Origin: Daphnia carinata | Taxonomy: Eukaryota | Direction: 5' to 3' | Assembly: GCF_022539665.2 (NCBI RefSeq) | Contig: NC_081333.1 | Span: 1,488,001 to 1,552,000 of the forward strand | DNA: 64,000 nt | Part shown: positions 16,563 through 29,260 of the stretch, piece by piece | How positions within the stretch are numbered: position 1 is the stretch's first letter | Layout of the letters: the number at the start of each line of letters is the position of its first letter | The notes under the pieces: generated by a model | Databases searched by the model: none | What the model was told of the DNA's origin: nothing | What the model saw: the letters and a program-made list of their open reading frames with translations, nothing else | Made by a program: the position numbers and the translations under genes

Positions 16563-17163
16563 AAACAAATGTTTATGTTATAAAGAAATCTTGCAACATT
16601 TGACAAATTAAACCCTTCATTCTTTTCGCAATTTAACTTGCTGTCTTTTCATTTTTCTTTATTACGTCGATATTGATAATATTGTCAACCGTCGTCATTG
16701 TCATATTACGTTTTGTGTTTCCAATTCTTGGAGAATAGGCGAAGTTTCGAAGTACCTGTTAGTTATTCTACACTGTATCGATGTCCACATCAGGTGCATC
16801 CCAGCCCATTTCGCACATTCATACTAAACTGGAAAGATACTGAATCGTTGGTAAACCAAACAAAAGTGCATCAAAATTCTTGAATTTATCTTCGTGAAGT
16901 TCGACGATAAAAGTAGACATGTTCCAAAACCATGAGTTATACCCTAGCAGTGCTGCTTGAAACTAGCAGAACAAACCCAAGTTAGCACTTACAGTTCAAA
17001 CGAACAAAACCTTTTGACCTGCAGTTTGTTTCGTTACACCACGTTTGACTTGCTAAAAAAAAATTTTACTGTCAAGCTATTGAGCAAGAATTACCAGTCC
17101 AAAAATGCCTGCTTTTCACAAAATTAAGTTTAATCTTTTTATTTTTTATTTTAGTTTACAACG

Positions 17164-18006
17164 TTAGCTGTTTAGGACAGCGTGGCAATGGTAGACGTCT
17201 GATGTCAGTGTGGAGCTGTCCAGTCGTGCAAGTGTATGATCAGTTTCTGGTTCGATGAAAACCACGTTGTTGGCCACTCGTGACACAATAGAAGCGGATA
17301 TGTCTACGCCTAGTGTAGGATCCCAGAGACTGTGAAGTTTCTGTTCCAACTGTTTTGAATTGTGCGGGATGTCAAAACCAAACGTTGCTGTCAAGATGAT
17401 TACACTTTTCTTGAAAGGAGCTATAAAGTTGTCGCAATAGCCGTGCAAAAGTAAGGCTGCACGTGGTGGGAGTTTCTCCAAGGGTCCAAGAATAACTGAA
17501 GAGAAGTCACTAAGGATAGAACTGATTTCCTTATCAAGTTCTTGATTGATAGTGTCGTCCTGTTGCAGAAGATCGGTAATTCCATCGACGTTAACTGTCA
17601 CCCTTGAGAAGTCGGCATTTGTGGAACTTTTCTTATGCAATAGCTTATTGACATTGATAGCCAAAGTAAGAGCAACACATTGCATGCTTTGCTTTGAAGC
17701 TGCTGTGTTTCTTCCAGCAAAAAGTAGAACTGCTGGTTGGGATGGCTCATCCTCCATAACACTATTGAGTGCTGCGAGGAAACTTATCCATGTTTCTTTT
17801 TTCTGCAATGGAAAAGAGCTTTGCATTTCATCAAGTAGTTTATTAACTTGACATGAAATATCTGCTTGGATTGATGTCCTGTCTTCTTCAGCGTTGAAGA
17901 GAACTGACCAAAAACCCACAATTTGACCACCCAACAAAAATGGTAAGCAAACACTAATAAAAAGTATGTTGATAGCTAGCAAAAAGTCACATACATAGTA
18001 ATTCAT
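17164..18006 (-). CDS. LAP1/LULL1-like torsin activator paralog 2 (N-terminally truncated: TM plus lumenal domain only)
   Basis: 280-aa ORF clearly homologous to 10333-11427 (SFPLQKKETWISFL, EPSQPAVLL, LLLHGYCDNFIAPFKK, SRVANNVVFIEPE). The upstream region homologous to the paralog 1 N-terminus is disrupted. Confidence 0.72.
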   Translation of the reverse strand: MNYYVCDFLLAINILFISVCLPFLLGGQIVGFWSVLFNAEEDRTSIQADISCQVNKLLDEMQSSFPLQKKETWISFLAALNSVMEDEPSQPAVLLFAGRNTAASKQSMQCVALTLAINVNKLLHKKSSTNADFSRVTVNVDGITDLLQQDDTINQELDKEISSILSDFSSVILGPLEKLPPRAALLLHGYCDNFIAPFKKSVIILTATFGFDIPHNSKQLEQKLHSLWDPTLGVDISASIVSRVANNVVFIEPETDHTLARLDSSTLTSDVYHCHAVLNS

Positions 18007-19085
18007 AACTGAATTATTTCTGTAGATTTGAATGAAGATTATTTGACATTATGGGTAAATGATTTATGACTGAAGTTCTTTTTCCCATCCAGGTGTAGGT
18101 GTCTCAACTAGTAAAGTCTGGATTGTCTGTGGATCACCTATAATGTGAGTTGAACCATGCTGCTTTTATTTTAAATTTTTTTTTTGAACTCTGATGTTTT
18201 TCATTTTGTGGGAATTGATGGGTTATAGCTTGTCATTGGCCTACAAAGGAAATATTGTGAACAGTTAGTGTGTTTATTTGAATTTCTCCAAACAGTTGTT
18301 TCTGCTTTATCCAAACAGCAATTCAATTGGATTAGTTCAAGTCCGTTCTCGACTAGTGTAGTGCGTATAAAATTTTTTCACAGTAAATTCCATACAGCTA
18401 GTTATGAGCTATTGCTGTTGTAATAGGTTGCCAAGGAGTCGGTAGAATTGTGAAAATAAGGACGGTTGTGACCAACTTCTGTTAATTCTTGTTTCTTTTA
18501 TGTCGGTTGATATGTTGCGGGTGGCCACCGGTATGAATTTTAGTAATAACTGAACTGTAATAACACAGGATCATACTGCCGTGTATGTTCTTTTTTATCT
18601 TCCCATGTCTTATCTTAGTCTCCGTATCAGGTCTACGTGATAGTAGCACTTCGTTATCCTCTTTCGCAAAAATTTATTTATTTTTTCAGCTACGTCATAG
18701 TTAAAAAAGCAAAACGACAAGAGATTGGTTTTATTGAAAGGCAAATATTTTTTTCTATCCTCTGCACAATACCAATTTAAAATGAAATGACTGACCAGTT
18801 TCAACGATGAGGCAGGCTTACAATGGCCAGTTCGTAACAAACGTATACATAAAATGCGATTCAGGGTACGCTTTCTTTCTGAGCGCTGTAGAAAATCCTT
18901 GTGGATTCTTAAATTTACGTACATTAAGCTTTTCAAGGTTGCTCTTCCCTTTTTTATTTTTGTTTTATTTTTTATTTTTGGCTTTTTTTTGTTTGTGGGC
19001 TATACAATATTTGGTTAGTTCTTATATCACGGCAATACCAAAAAAACAATGTATTTTTATTGCGCTAAAATGGTTTTTCCAATGA

Positions 19086-20078
19086 TTAATCACGTCCGAT
19101 ATCATTAGATGATGTGGAATCAGTTTCTGGTTCGATAAAAACCACGTTATTGGCCACCCGTGACACAAGAGAAGCGGACTTGTCTATGCCTAATGAGGGA
19201 TCCCATAGGCTGTGAAGTTTCCGTTCTACCTCTTTTGAATTGCGTGGCATCTCGTAATCAAATGCTGCAGTCAAGATGATTACACTTCTTTTGAAAGGAG
19301 CCATGAAGTTATCGCAGTAGCCGTGCAAAATCATAGCAGCTTTTGGTGGAATCTTTTCTAAAGATCCAAGAACAACCGAAGAATATTTGCTAAGAATAGA
19401 ATGAATTTTCCTATCTAGCTCTCGCGTGATTGCGTTATCCTCTTGCGTGAGATCGGTAATTTCATCCCATTGGACTGTTATATCTTTGAAGTTGGCATTG
19501 GCGGAGTTCGTCGTATGCAACAGCTCGTTGGTGTTGATAGCCAAAGTTGTAACAACATGCTCCATAGTACGCATTGCAACCGGGGTGTTTCCGCCAATAA
19601 AAAGAAGGACTGCTGGTTGGGATGGTTCATCGTTTGTAACACTCTGGAGCGCAGCGAGAAAACTTATCCACGTTTCGACTTTTTGAAATGGGAACGTTTT
19701 TTGCATTTTATCAATTACTTTGATTGGGTCATTGGAAGTATTCGATGGAGTTGATTTCCCGTAGATAAAAAAAGAAAGAAGTAGAAAAAATAATGCTACT
19801 ATTGCAAAATATACTAGTCGCTTGGGCCAGTTCTTGGGTAATAGGAATAACAGTTTTTTCCATGTCGGCTGGAAGCGTGAATCATCCGACTTTAAGTTTT
19901 CATTCTCACCAGGTTTATTTTCTGGACTATCGACGTTTAATTCTTGCAGACGATCGTTTTCCGTTGAACGATTTGTTGTTGCTGACTGTTGTGAACTATT
20001 ATTGGAACTATCATTTTCATCAGAAGATTCAATTGAACTTTCTGTTGCTTCTGAATTTTGCGTAGAATTGGCGTCCAT
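19086..20078 (-). CDS. LAP1/LULL1-like torsin activator paralog 3
   Basis: Intronless ORF with a Ser/Asn-rich N-terminus (MDANSTQNS...), TM LVYFAIVALFFLLLSFFIY, ILHGYCDNFMAPFKR and SRVANNVVFIEPE. Start codon choice is approximate. Confidence 0.76.
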   Translation of the reverse strand: MDANSTQNSEATESSIESSDENDSSNNSSQQSATTNRSTENDRLQELNVDSPENKPGENENLKSDDSRFQPTWKKLLFLLPKNWPKRLVYFAIVALFFLLLSFFIYGKSTPSNTSNDPIKVIDKMQKTFPFQKVETWISFLAALQSVTNDEPSQPAVLLFIGGNTPVAMRTMEHVVTTLAINTNELLHTTNSANANFKDITVQWDEITDLTQEDNAITRELDRKIHSILSKYSSVVLGSLEKIPPKAAMILHGYCDNFMAPFKRSVIILTAAFDYEMPRNSKEVERKLHSLWDPSLGIDKSASLVSRVANNVVFIEPETDSTSSNDIGRD

Positions 20079-20707
20079 TAAAAAAAGTATTCTATGGTCT
20101 GAATGCAATTACAAAATATGTGTTAGAATTTCAAATTCTTACAACTGATTCTACAATCATTATTTGAACAGCAGGTTTATCTTTTCCACTAACGAATGCG
20201 TCTCTCGATTTGGGCCGTGTTGCTGCACCCAGAAATTGTCAGAGATATTCCTTACAATTAGTTTTAGGTTAATCTTGTTGTAAACTATTACGAGATAGTT
20301 TGTAGCAAATGAGCACTCCTCGGTCAAATTATAAATTTAGATGGTAGAGATTTAATGCTATTAACTGCTATTTCTTTAACGCTAACTGAATGTAACTAGA
20401 TGCAACCGATTTAATATGTTAACTGCACTACGTTAACTTCGGGACCATGTACTGTAGCTCCACTTGTATTTTGTTATCTGCCCAAGTTTTTATCTAGTAC
20501 TTTTTGAACAATCAGTGGGAAAATTTATGCTGTCCGTTCGACTGTGATATTACAGCATAGTTTATCTGAGATCCCCAATTGTTCGCCTTCCAATTGCGGA
20601 AAACCTTTTCTCTTCTTAACACCAAAGAGGCAATTACATCGCAAGTTAATTAATACATTTATTGGATGACAACGGAACGTGAAAATAGAAACGGAAAACT
20701 AAACAAT

Positions 20708-23594
20708 TTAGAAAGCTGGCTTGTATCTTCTGACTTCGACCATTAGCTGATGAATGTTGATTAAATCGGCGCGAGCAGGAACGTTGCGGAATGGATGTTG
20801 AGTGAGGATTTTTTGAAATCGGTGATAGTATTCTACGAGCTGAGTTAAAGTAGCTTGCAAAATATTGGTTCCGTTTTTGAAATTTGGAAAAAGATTTAAT
20901 ATTTCCTTGTTGATCTCGTCTAAAGATTTTTTCCACCCAGCCATGAAAGAATTAATTGTTTGCGTAGCTCGACCTTTACATCAAAGAGAAAAATGTTTAA
21001 ATCAGAAAGAGAAAACACAATAATAAGATATTCAAATTTCATACGTTCTTCATTCCGCAACGCTTCGTTATGTCCCCGAGTTAACATGACTTCGCAATCC
21101 TTAACAAAGCGGACGAGTCCTTCAAAGTGGAAAAACAATATCTCCTCAACAAATTCGGATATTCGAGCGGAGAGTAGTTCTTTACAACGTGCGGCTTCGC
21201 GACTTTCTTCTCTGTTGCGTTCCTTCAAATAATAGGTAAAGACAATAAGTTGACTAGAGAACGATGCAATAACATATTTGCTACCTTACAGTCATCACGC
21301 TTAACATTAAGTCATAGTTGTTGATCAGGGCAACAAGCTGATCCTTTCTTTTAGTAAATGCCGCGGCAAGGCGTAGAGTGAAACCTTCAACTTCCTCTTG
21401 CATTGTCGAAAGTAAGTGATGCAAGCGTGGAGTCCAGTCCATTGCTGAAGTTATACTGTTATGTTCTATTTCGCAAAATGAAAAATGTTATTAACTAATG
21501 CACTTAAGATTTGAAAAATATTTATACCGTGAATCGCTGAAATAGCTGAAGTGTACTCGGCATAGCGTCGTACTACCTATTGAATGTTTCAATTATTTGA
21601 GATTCAATGTAAAATTTGTTAGTTCGTACATAATGTGGTCGCGTGTCGATGTGAGAATATAATCTAGACGGATCGCAGTCGCGGACACTTTGAATGTTTG
21701 CCTGTACCAAATATTCGAATCTAAACAAGAAAAATAAATTAATCACGATATTAAAGTTCTAGGCAAACTATTCTGGTACCTAGGCCATAATATGGAAATC
21801 AGAGATTCATAATAAAAATCCAGTGCTGGAACAGCTCTCTTGTGGCAAAGATATTGCAATCGCTGGACCATTTGAATGCAAAGAAAGAGTGCCAAGGAAT
21901 CGTAACAAGTTGAGACATACTCTTCGACAAATTTCTAAAGTTGAACCAAAAATTAAATAACATATGCAACATTCATCATTAAACTAATCTACTGACCATG
22001 TAGATGGTACAAGTCTTTCCCATAACTTCTTGAAAGAGCTCCATGGCAGGGGCCCTCTCAACGTGGAAAAATTCGCACAAGAATAGATATTCTCGGCAAG
22101 CATTATCGGCAAGTGCGTAATGCTGAGATCGGAAAACAATTTCGTACGAATATTTGGTTTCACCCTTATGGCCAGCACTCGTACCTGTCGCTGCGGCATG
22201 GGGAACCAACACAGGAGCCTCTAAATTGGTAACGACTTCAACTCGAGTTCCTTAGAAATCAAATATACAAAGTGAGAATTAGCATGAATGGGGTTCCACA
22301 CAAACATATGTTTCCTTGCTTGAATTACCCAAGGTAAAGACAGTCGATTTGCTACTCGAATTTCGTCCACTAGGCGCAGCTCTCCCAAACAGAGATCTGG
22401 CCGCAGCCGCGGCAGCTGCTCCTAAAGACGCATCTTCTGATCCAAGAACGTCATCTTTATTAACGCTGTTTGAATCAACAAGTTTCAGTAATCGTGTAGA
22501 ATAACTCTACATTGCACACAATTTTTTATATAGTAGAATCAAGCGTTAGCATGTGTAACAAACTTTGAAATATGAGAAGTACAACTTTGACATTGTTTGC
22601 ACATAGTCTTGTCTCACTTCATATGCAATTTCTGGCTCCTGAGTTATGAGGAAGTGATAAAAATTCCTAATAAAATAAAGAATGTTATTTTGCACTAAAG
22701 TCAAAATATGCAGTTTAATATGCCTGCCATTACAAACTTACTTGTGCTTTAGGAGTGAATTTTGTGGTAGTTGATAATTCGCAAGCGGTCTTCTGAGTTG
22801 CTGCAATTTCAAGAGCAAAAATTGCCGTAATCTTTCAACCACCTTTATCCGCAACGCACCAAGAACAGGTACGACGTCCTAAAGTAAGTATATATGCACC
22901 TACAGTTACTATTGATTATATGTGAGCTATAGCAAACCCACCTGGGCAGCTCTACTACACCGTTGATGATGGTCTCCACTCAAAGCCAGTTTTGCCTGAA
23001 GTATTATCAGTTGTTCAGAGAAAACTGGTTCTGTCACTGGAGTTTCCAACAAATGCCTGTATGAGAATATTAAGGTGCAAATACAAACAGCACAATTATG
23101 GCCAATGATGCAGATTGGGATTGGTGTTTTAACCTGATAAGTGTTTCAGGAATAACTAAATCATCAATAATCTGACCAGCTAATGATCTTGCTGCTTGGC
23201 GATTAGACAACCTCAATCCAAGTTGAGCTGATTGGTGCTGAAGCTGTAAGATATCACTACTTAAGCCTCCAAGTTGTGATCTAAATGTACTAAGAAGCTC
23301 TTCCATTCTTTCAAGGGCAGCATCACATTGTGTGAACTGTGAGTGAAGTTGCGCCAAGGAAGTCCCTTGATTAACATAGTCTTGCACTGACACAAGTTCA
23401 ACCTATAAATTGGAATTTGAATAAACTGTTCAATCCTTAAAGTTGCACATAATGTCTACCTCCTGCAGCTGTTGTTCAACTTGCTGTGAATATTGCCTTA
23501 AATCTACACCTGAATTGAGAGCTTCTTTTATAATGCTGTCTTTCAGACTATCCTTCAAATCCATTTTGATTTGGGTATCACTTTTATCTTCCAT
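20708..23594 (-). CDS. VPS52: Vacuolar protein sorting-associated protein 52 (GARP/EARP subunit), multi-exon
   Basis: EALNSGVDLRQYSQQVEQQL, LHSQFTQCDAALERMEELL, FRSQHYALADNACREYLF, RPHYVVRRYAEY, FPNFKNGTNILQATLTQLVEYYHRF, C-terminal LMVEVRRYKPAF. Confidence 0.95.
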
Positions 23595-24187
23595 AGTTCA
23601 CTAACCGTTCCTTTCCCTGAAAATGAAATTCGACGGCAAATTGTTTTTATGGAACTGATGAAATCTCACAGCTGTTTATGTTGACGACAGACGTCGTCTG
23701 CTACGGTCAAAGTCAGTCGTCGATTGGAGGCAACGAAGAAATCATCTATTCGATTAGCTTTGAGTTGCAAGGGTAATCACGAATTTGTATGCGAGTTACC
23801 CGAAATTCTAAATTTATCTGTATTTTAAACTTTTAGATTTTGACATAAATTAAATAGAGGTAATCGTTGTTGAATTTTTGTACAGTAGGTGTCTGCATTC
23901 AAGCTTTAAAAATTCAAAAATTAGGTAAAGTTTTTTTTCTCTTCGGAGAATTAGCAACCCATAACCAGAAATCGCAGAATTTCTCGTTTTAAATTTTGGA
24001 CGTACAGTAGAACTTGACAGTTCTAGAGAAATAAAGTGTGAAGTTCACAGAAGCAATAATTGATACTTGTACATTCACCTCTACCACATTGAATTTATTG
24101 TTGCATTGCATTGTTGCATCATTGTTGCATCACCTTACTTTCAAATCAAAGTTTTACAAGAAATCCTTCAACTGTTATTCATTTAAC

Positions 24188-27100
24188 ATGGCACACTCAA
24201 TCAGCAAAAGCTCAACTCCACAGAGACAAAGCCAAAATAAAACTTTTGAAGAATATTGGGATGAAAAAGATGTTGAAGAAGGTTTACTCAATGGATCTCT
24301 GTTTGAAGTATGCATTTCAATAATCAGTGCTGTGAACACGTTTTTATAATTTTGTTCCATTTCTAGGGTGTCTTAAGAATCAATCCAAGAAACTACAAAG
24401 AGGCCTATATTTCTGCACCTGTGAGTACTTCTGTTTTCTTAGATCAAACTTGTAATCCATAAATGTGGTTCGACAACAGGACGGAACAGAGGACTTTCTG
24501 ATTGAAGGACTTCTACACAGAAATAGGGCACTTAATGGGGATGTCGTGGTTTGCAAGGTGCTGACCGTACAAACAGAAAATAAATGTGAAAAAATAAATG
24601 GCCAAAGTCCAACTTCACAAAGTGAGCGGCCAAGCAAACAACCTACACCTAAAAACGTGATGGAAGAGAGCAAGATGAAGGAGAATATTCTAAAAATGGC
24701 TGTTAATGAAAGCATAGATAAAAAATCATCAGATCTCCATGGCCCAAGAAACATGAAACCTAAAAGCCAGAGAAAAAAAAAGAAATTGAAAGAAGATAAC
24801 TCCAATGTAACCCATGATACCTCTACAGATTTGCAAAGCAAAAATTCAGATATTCCGCCGCAAAGCCTTTCAGAGCTAGAAAAAGTACCCAAGGTAATTA
24901 TTCCAAAGAATGCGAAGAGAGTTGCCGTGAATTAGGAATTTACGTATCTTCTTTAGACGGAAAGCGCTGTGGAGGAGGAAAAAAAAAGAACTCGTCGACC
25001 AAAAAAGAAGAAAAATATGATGGTTGAAAGTCTTGCTACGCAACTAACAGAATCGTGTGCCATTGGAGATTCTGTAGTGACAACCACCAACATAGTGACC
25101 CAAGCAGTAGTAAAAATCGCCACACAAAGCACACCTATTACAATCACGGAAGAAATTGTAGAAATTAACCAGCAGAGCTCAAATCTTCCACGTAAAATAG
25201 CCAAGGTAAATTATTCTTGATTTCACTGACCCCCATACCATAATCATTTATTCTAAACATTTGTGCACAGGTTGTATTTATCAAAGAACTTAAGCATTCG
25301 CGTTGTGCCATTGGCAGTTTGAAACAATGGCCTTACGGTCAGTCCGGTCCAATACCAAGTTGGATTTTGTTTTCGCCCAAGGATCACCGTATTCCTCGCA
25401 TGAAAATACCGTTCACACCAGCGCTATCCAGCTGCCTCTCCCAACCTAATATGCTCTATTTGGCTCGGATCGATTCGTGGGAAGACATCAATAATCCACT
25501 TGGGTAACACTGTATTTTTCACGTTGTTTTCTCGCATGGAGGTGCTATTCTTTTTTCTCCATCTAGTTCGCTTTGTTATTTCATTGGCCAATCCGGCGAT
25601 ATTGAGGCTGAAACAATAGCTCTTTTACTGGAACACCAGGTCGATTATGGTCAGTTCCCTCAAGAAGTCTTTGATAGTCTTCCGTCACTTCCTTGGAGTA
25701 TACCACCAGAAGAAATTCGAAAACGTCGAGACTTTAGGTAAAATTTCAAATGAAACTGCCTCATACATGTTGTTAATAACAGAAAAAAATTTTCCCAACA
25801 GAGAAGAGTGTATATTCACGATAGATCCTGCTGATGCTCGTGATCTTGATGATGCTGTATCTGGCCGGTTCCTGAGAATGGCTGAGGATGGAATCACAAA
25901 GTTGTATCAAGTCTCTGTCCATATTGCTGACGTCAGTTTCTTTGTTCAAGACAACACCGTCCTCGATGACATTGCATCCCGGAGAGCCACCAGTACCTAT
26001 CTAGTCGACAGGGTATGTAGAAAAGAAAAGTAAAATCTTGAAATAATAATTAATCTAATTCGAAATTCATAGGTGATTCCGATGTTGCCGTCCGTATTAT
26101 GCGAGCACGTTTGTTCACTAAATCCTGGTGAGGATCGTTTAGCTTTTAGTGTTGAATGGATAGTTAATGATCGCGGAGAAATTTTGGAAGAATGGTTTGG
26201 CCGTTCAGTTATTCGTTCATGTGTAAAACTAAGCTATGACCATGCCCAGGTTAGTCAATCGATTCATTTTTTAACTCTTTCTTAGTGCAGTAAGATTCCT
26301 TTTGTATTTATTTGTAATTAGACTGTTATCGAAGGAAGAGATGTCAGTAATTGGCCGGTTATCAAAGGACCTTATCCCACGTCAGAAATTTGCAAATCTA
26401 TCCTAGTCCTCCAAGAATTAGCTGGTCATTTGCGTAAAAAACGCGTGGATCAAGGTGCGCTTAGAATCGACCTGCCTAGGCTGGCCTTCAGTATGGATTG
26501 GGAAACTAGAACCCCAATAGGATTTCGAGTTTATGAGCTAAAGGAATCAAATAGGCTGATCGAAGAGTTCATGTTGCTGGCCAACATGCGTGTTGCCGAA
26601 AAAATTTACGGGGTTTTCCCTGAATTAGCCGTTCTACGTTCACATCCACCTCCCCCCACCCATAAATTGGAACAACTTGCGGAGACACTACAAACAATCG
26701 GCATACATCTCGATGTTACTAGTTCAGCAACGCTGCAAGAATCACTGTTGCGATATGGTCAAGGCAGCACTGACCCCATTTCAATGGGAAGAAATCTTGT
26801 GATATCTAATTTGCTGGCCAAGCCAATGAAGGTGACATTTTAGTTAATTACAATTTACACTGGTTGACGTTTACGACGTGCTCTTATAATCTAGTGTGCT
26901 TCGTATATTTGTTCCGGAATTGTAAAGAAAGAAGAAAATTTTCGCCATTATGCCCTCAGCGTGCCCTTTTACACTCACTTCACGTCACCCATTCGGAGAT
27001 ATCCGGATATCCTTGTCCATCGATTGCTAAGTGCTGCTCTGGAACAAGAGGCTTTAGACCATTGGGATCAAAACGTCATCAAAAGGTTTCGTCTTCTTTA

Positions 27101-27621
27101 TAGTTAATCGTGCCAAATAAAAGTTTGAATGGTTCTAAATGTAAGTTATGCATTAGGTTGTTGGACAATTGTAATTCGAGAAAACTAGCCGCCAAAGCTC
27201 TTCAAGAAACGCATTCTGAGCTTCATCTGGCTAATTTAATTCGTAAAAGTGGTTCAATCGAAGTCAAGGGAATTGTGTTAGCAGTGCTCGACCATTCCGT
27301 TGACGTTGTTTTAATTTATCTGGGAATCATACGTCGTCTTTATCTAGAGGTAAAACATATTTTGAAACTATTTTACGTTTGTTAAAATTTTATCTCGGAT
27401 TTTGCTCGTCTCTTTAGAAACTGCCATTGACGATGACACACGAAAACTACAACGGAATTGGAAGGTTGACTTTAGTGTGGGATCCCGAATCGGCGGGCGA
27501 ACAGCCAATTCGTCAAGTTATCTCCGTTTTCAGCCTTTTAGAAATCCTGCTCGTCCCACATACTGAAAACGAGAAACTCGATTTTAATCTGGTGTTGCAG
27601 CGGCCCACTAAAACGCCGTAA
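24188..27621 (+). CDS. DIS3L2: DIS3-like exonuclease 2 (RNase II/RNB family), multi-exon
   Basis: [35 protein letters not shown], catalytic [56 protein letters not shown]. No N-terminal PIN domain, which favours DIS3L2 over DIS3. Confidence 0.93.
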
Positions 27622-29260
27622 TTATTATTTTGTTTATTTCCTTTCATCTCCTCGAGACCTTTTTTTTTTTTCAAAATTTCGGAAACGATTCCTTTAGCTT
27701 TAGATTTTATTCATTTTTTTTCTTCTTTTTTATTTAAAATTATTATTATTCATTTTTTTGCATATGGGAGTTTTCCTTATGGGTAAACGGGCGACTGTTC
27801 GTTTCTTTGTTTCCGATCAAACGTTACATTAAAACGGGTGGGAAATTCAGGTGCAACTTACGCTGGTTTCGATTTCTATAAGTTTTTACCATTTTGCGGG
27901 ATTCCCTTTTGATATTGTTTTATCTGCGCGCATTTTGCATGTCATATTTTCTTAATTGACCCAACTTGCGATTAGAAATTGGTACCCCATGACATATGCA
28001 GTCATACTTTGGGTGATACTTTGGACTATTTCAAGTAAAAATCTTGATGTTTATTCTTTTGCATCAGATCATCGACAAGAAATGTTGAAATTTTTCAAGT
28101 TATATACGCAGCTTTGTGGATAACATTTTTAACCAAGCCAATCAATACAGATGATCATAAGAGGATCCTGTTTTTCAAGTAAAGCGTATTTGAAAAATAT
28201 CCAACATTGTATGCTCCCCACTGGATTGGCTCAAAGACTAATTGGCTAGTGACCTCAAACCTTTGTCGAAGAGGCGTGGTTAGTCTTTCCCAACCTTTTT
28301 TACTTCTTTTTCTAGATCTATTCTTCGTGTTTCATACTAAGACCGTCTCTTGTTGGCAAAGAGCCGGGCCTTCCAAGACGGACACGGGGGAGAAATTTAA
28401 TCAACGCTAGTCTACACGTTCGATCGCCTCCCTCCTTCTTTCAGATTTTTCGGTTGTTATTGTTCTGTATTGTATCGGAGAACGGCCAGAAAATGGACGC
28501 GGTCCATCACGACACGATGAGAAAGGATTTGCTAGTCCTGACTAATGAGTCTTTGCGAAGTCTGATGGGTGATACAAAGATCGCGTTTTATCATCCAGAT
28601 TCTTTTATGTTAAACGGGAAGAAGAGGGAACTAGTCGTTGGGACGTTCGCCATCGATTACTAATAGAAAACGTCACATTCTACGCGACGTACCATTAGCA
28701 GCATCTTTGACGCCAATTTTCTATTCCGTTGGTTGATGAGATATTTAATGAGGTTTCCACCTTCTGATGTCGCAATCCAGCCGGGGGCCGAATATTTTCG
28801 TGGGGTTTCTTCCCGATTCCCCTCCAACATCGATTCAATGTTTGCTTGTCCGATTTTTGCTCACTTTATGTAAAATGTTGCATTAATAAGAAGCAACAGC
28901 ATAGACTAAAATCGATTAACTTTAAAAATCGTTTGAAAACCAAATACTTCAATTTTTTACGTATTTGAATTGTTGAAATGTCACGTTTTTTCGAGTGTTG
29001 TGCGTGAAACGAAAGAAACCAAAGGGCAAGGTGATAAGGCATACCTCAATCGTCAATCAATCGAATACGCAAGCGCGTTTGTTGGAAACTGCGTTCTCCT
29101 TTATAGCGGTAGCGGACCGGACAATCCCAAAACTATGAAGAGAAGAGAGGGAAAAAGAGAGGCTGAGCCCGTCTAGAGCTTTATTTCCTTCTGTGTCGTC
29201 AATCTCACTCGACTTATCCTTTTTCTATTGTCCACCCTTTTTTTTACTTCCATCCGGAAG

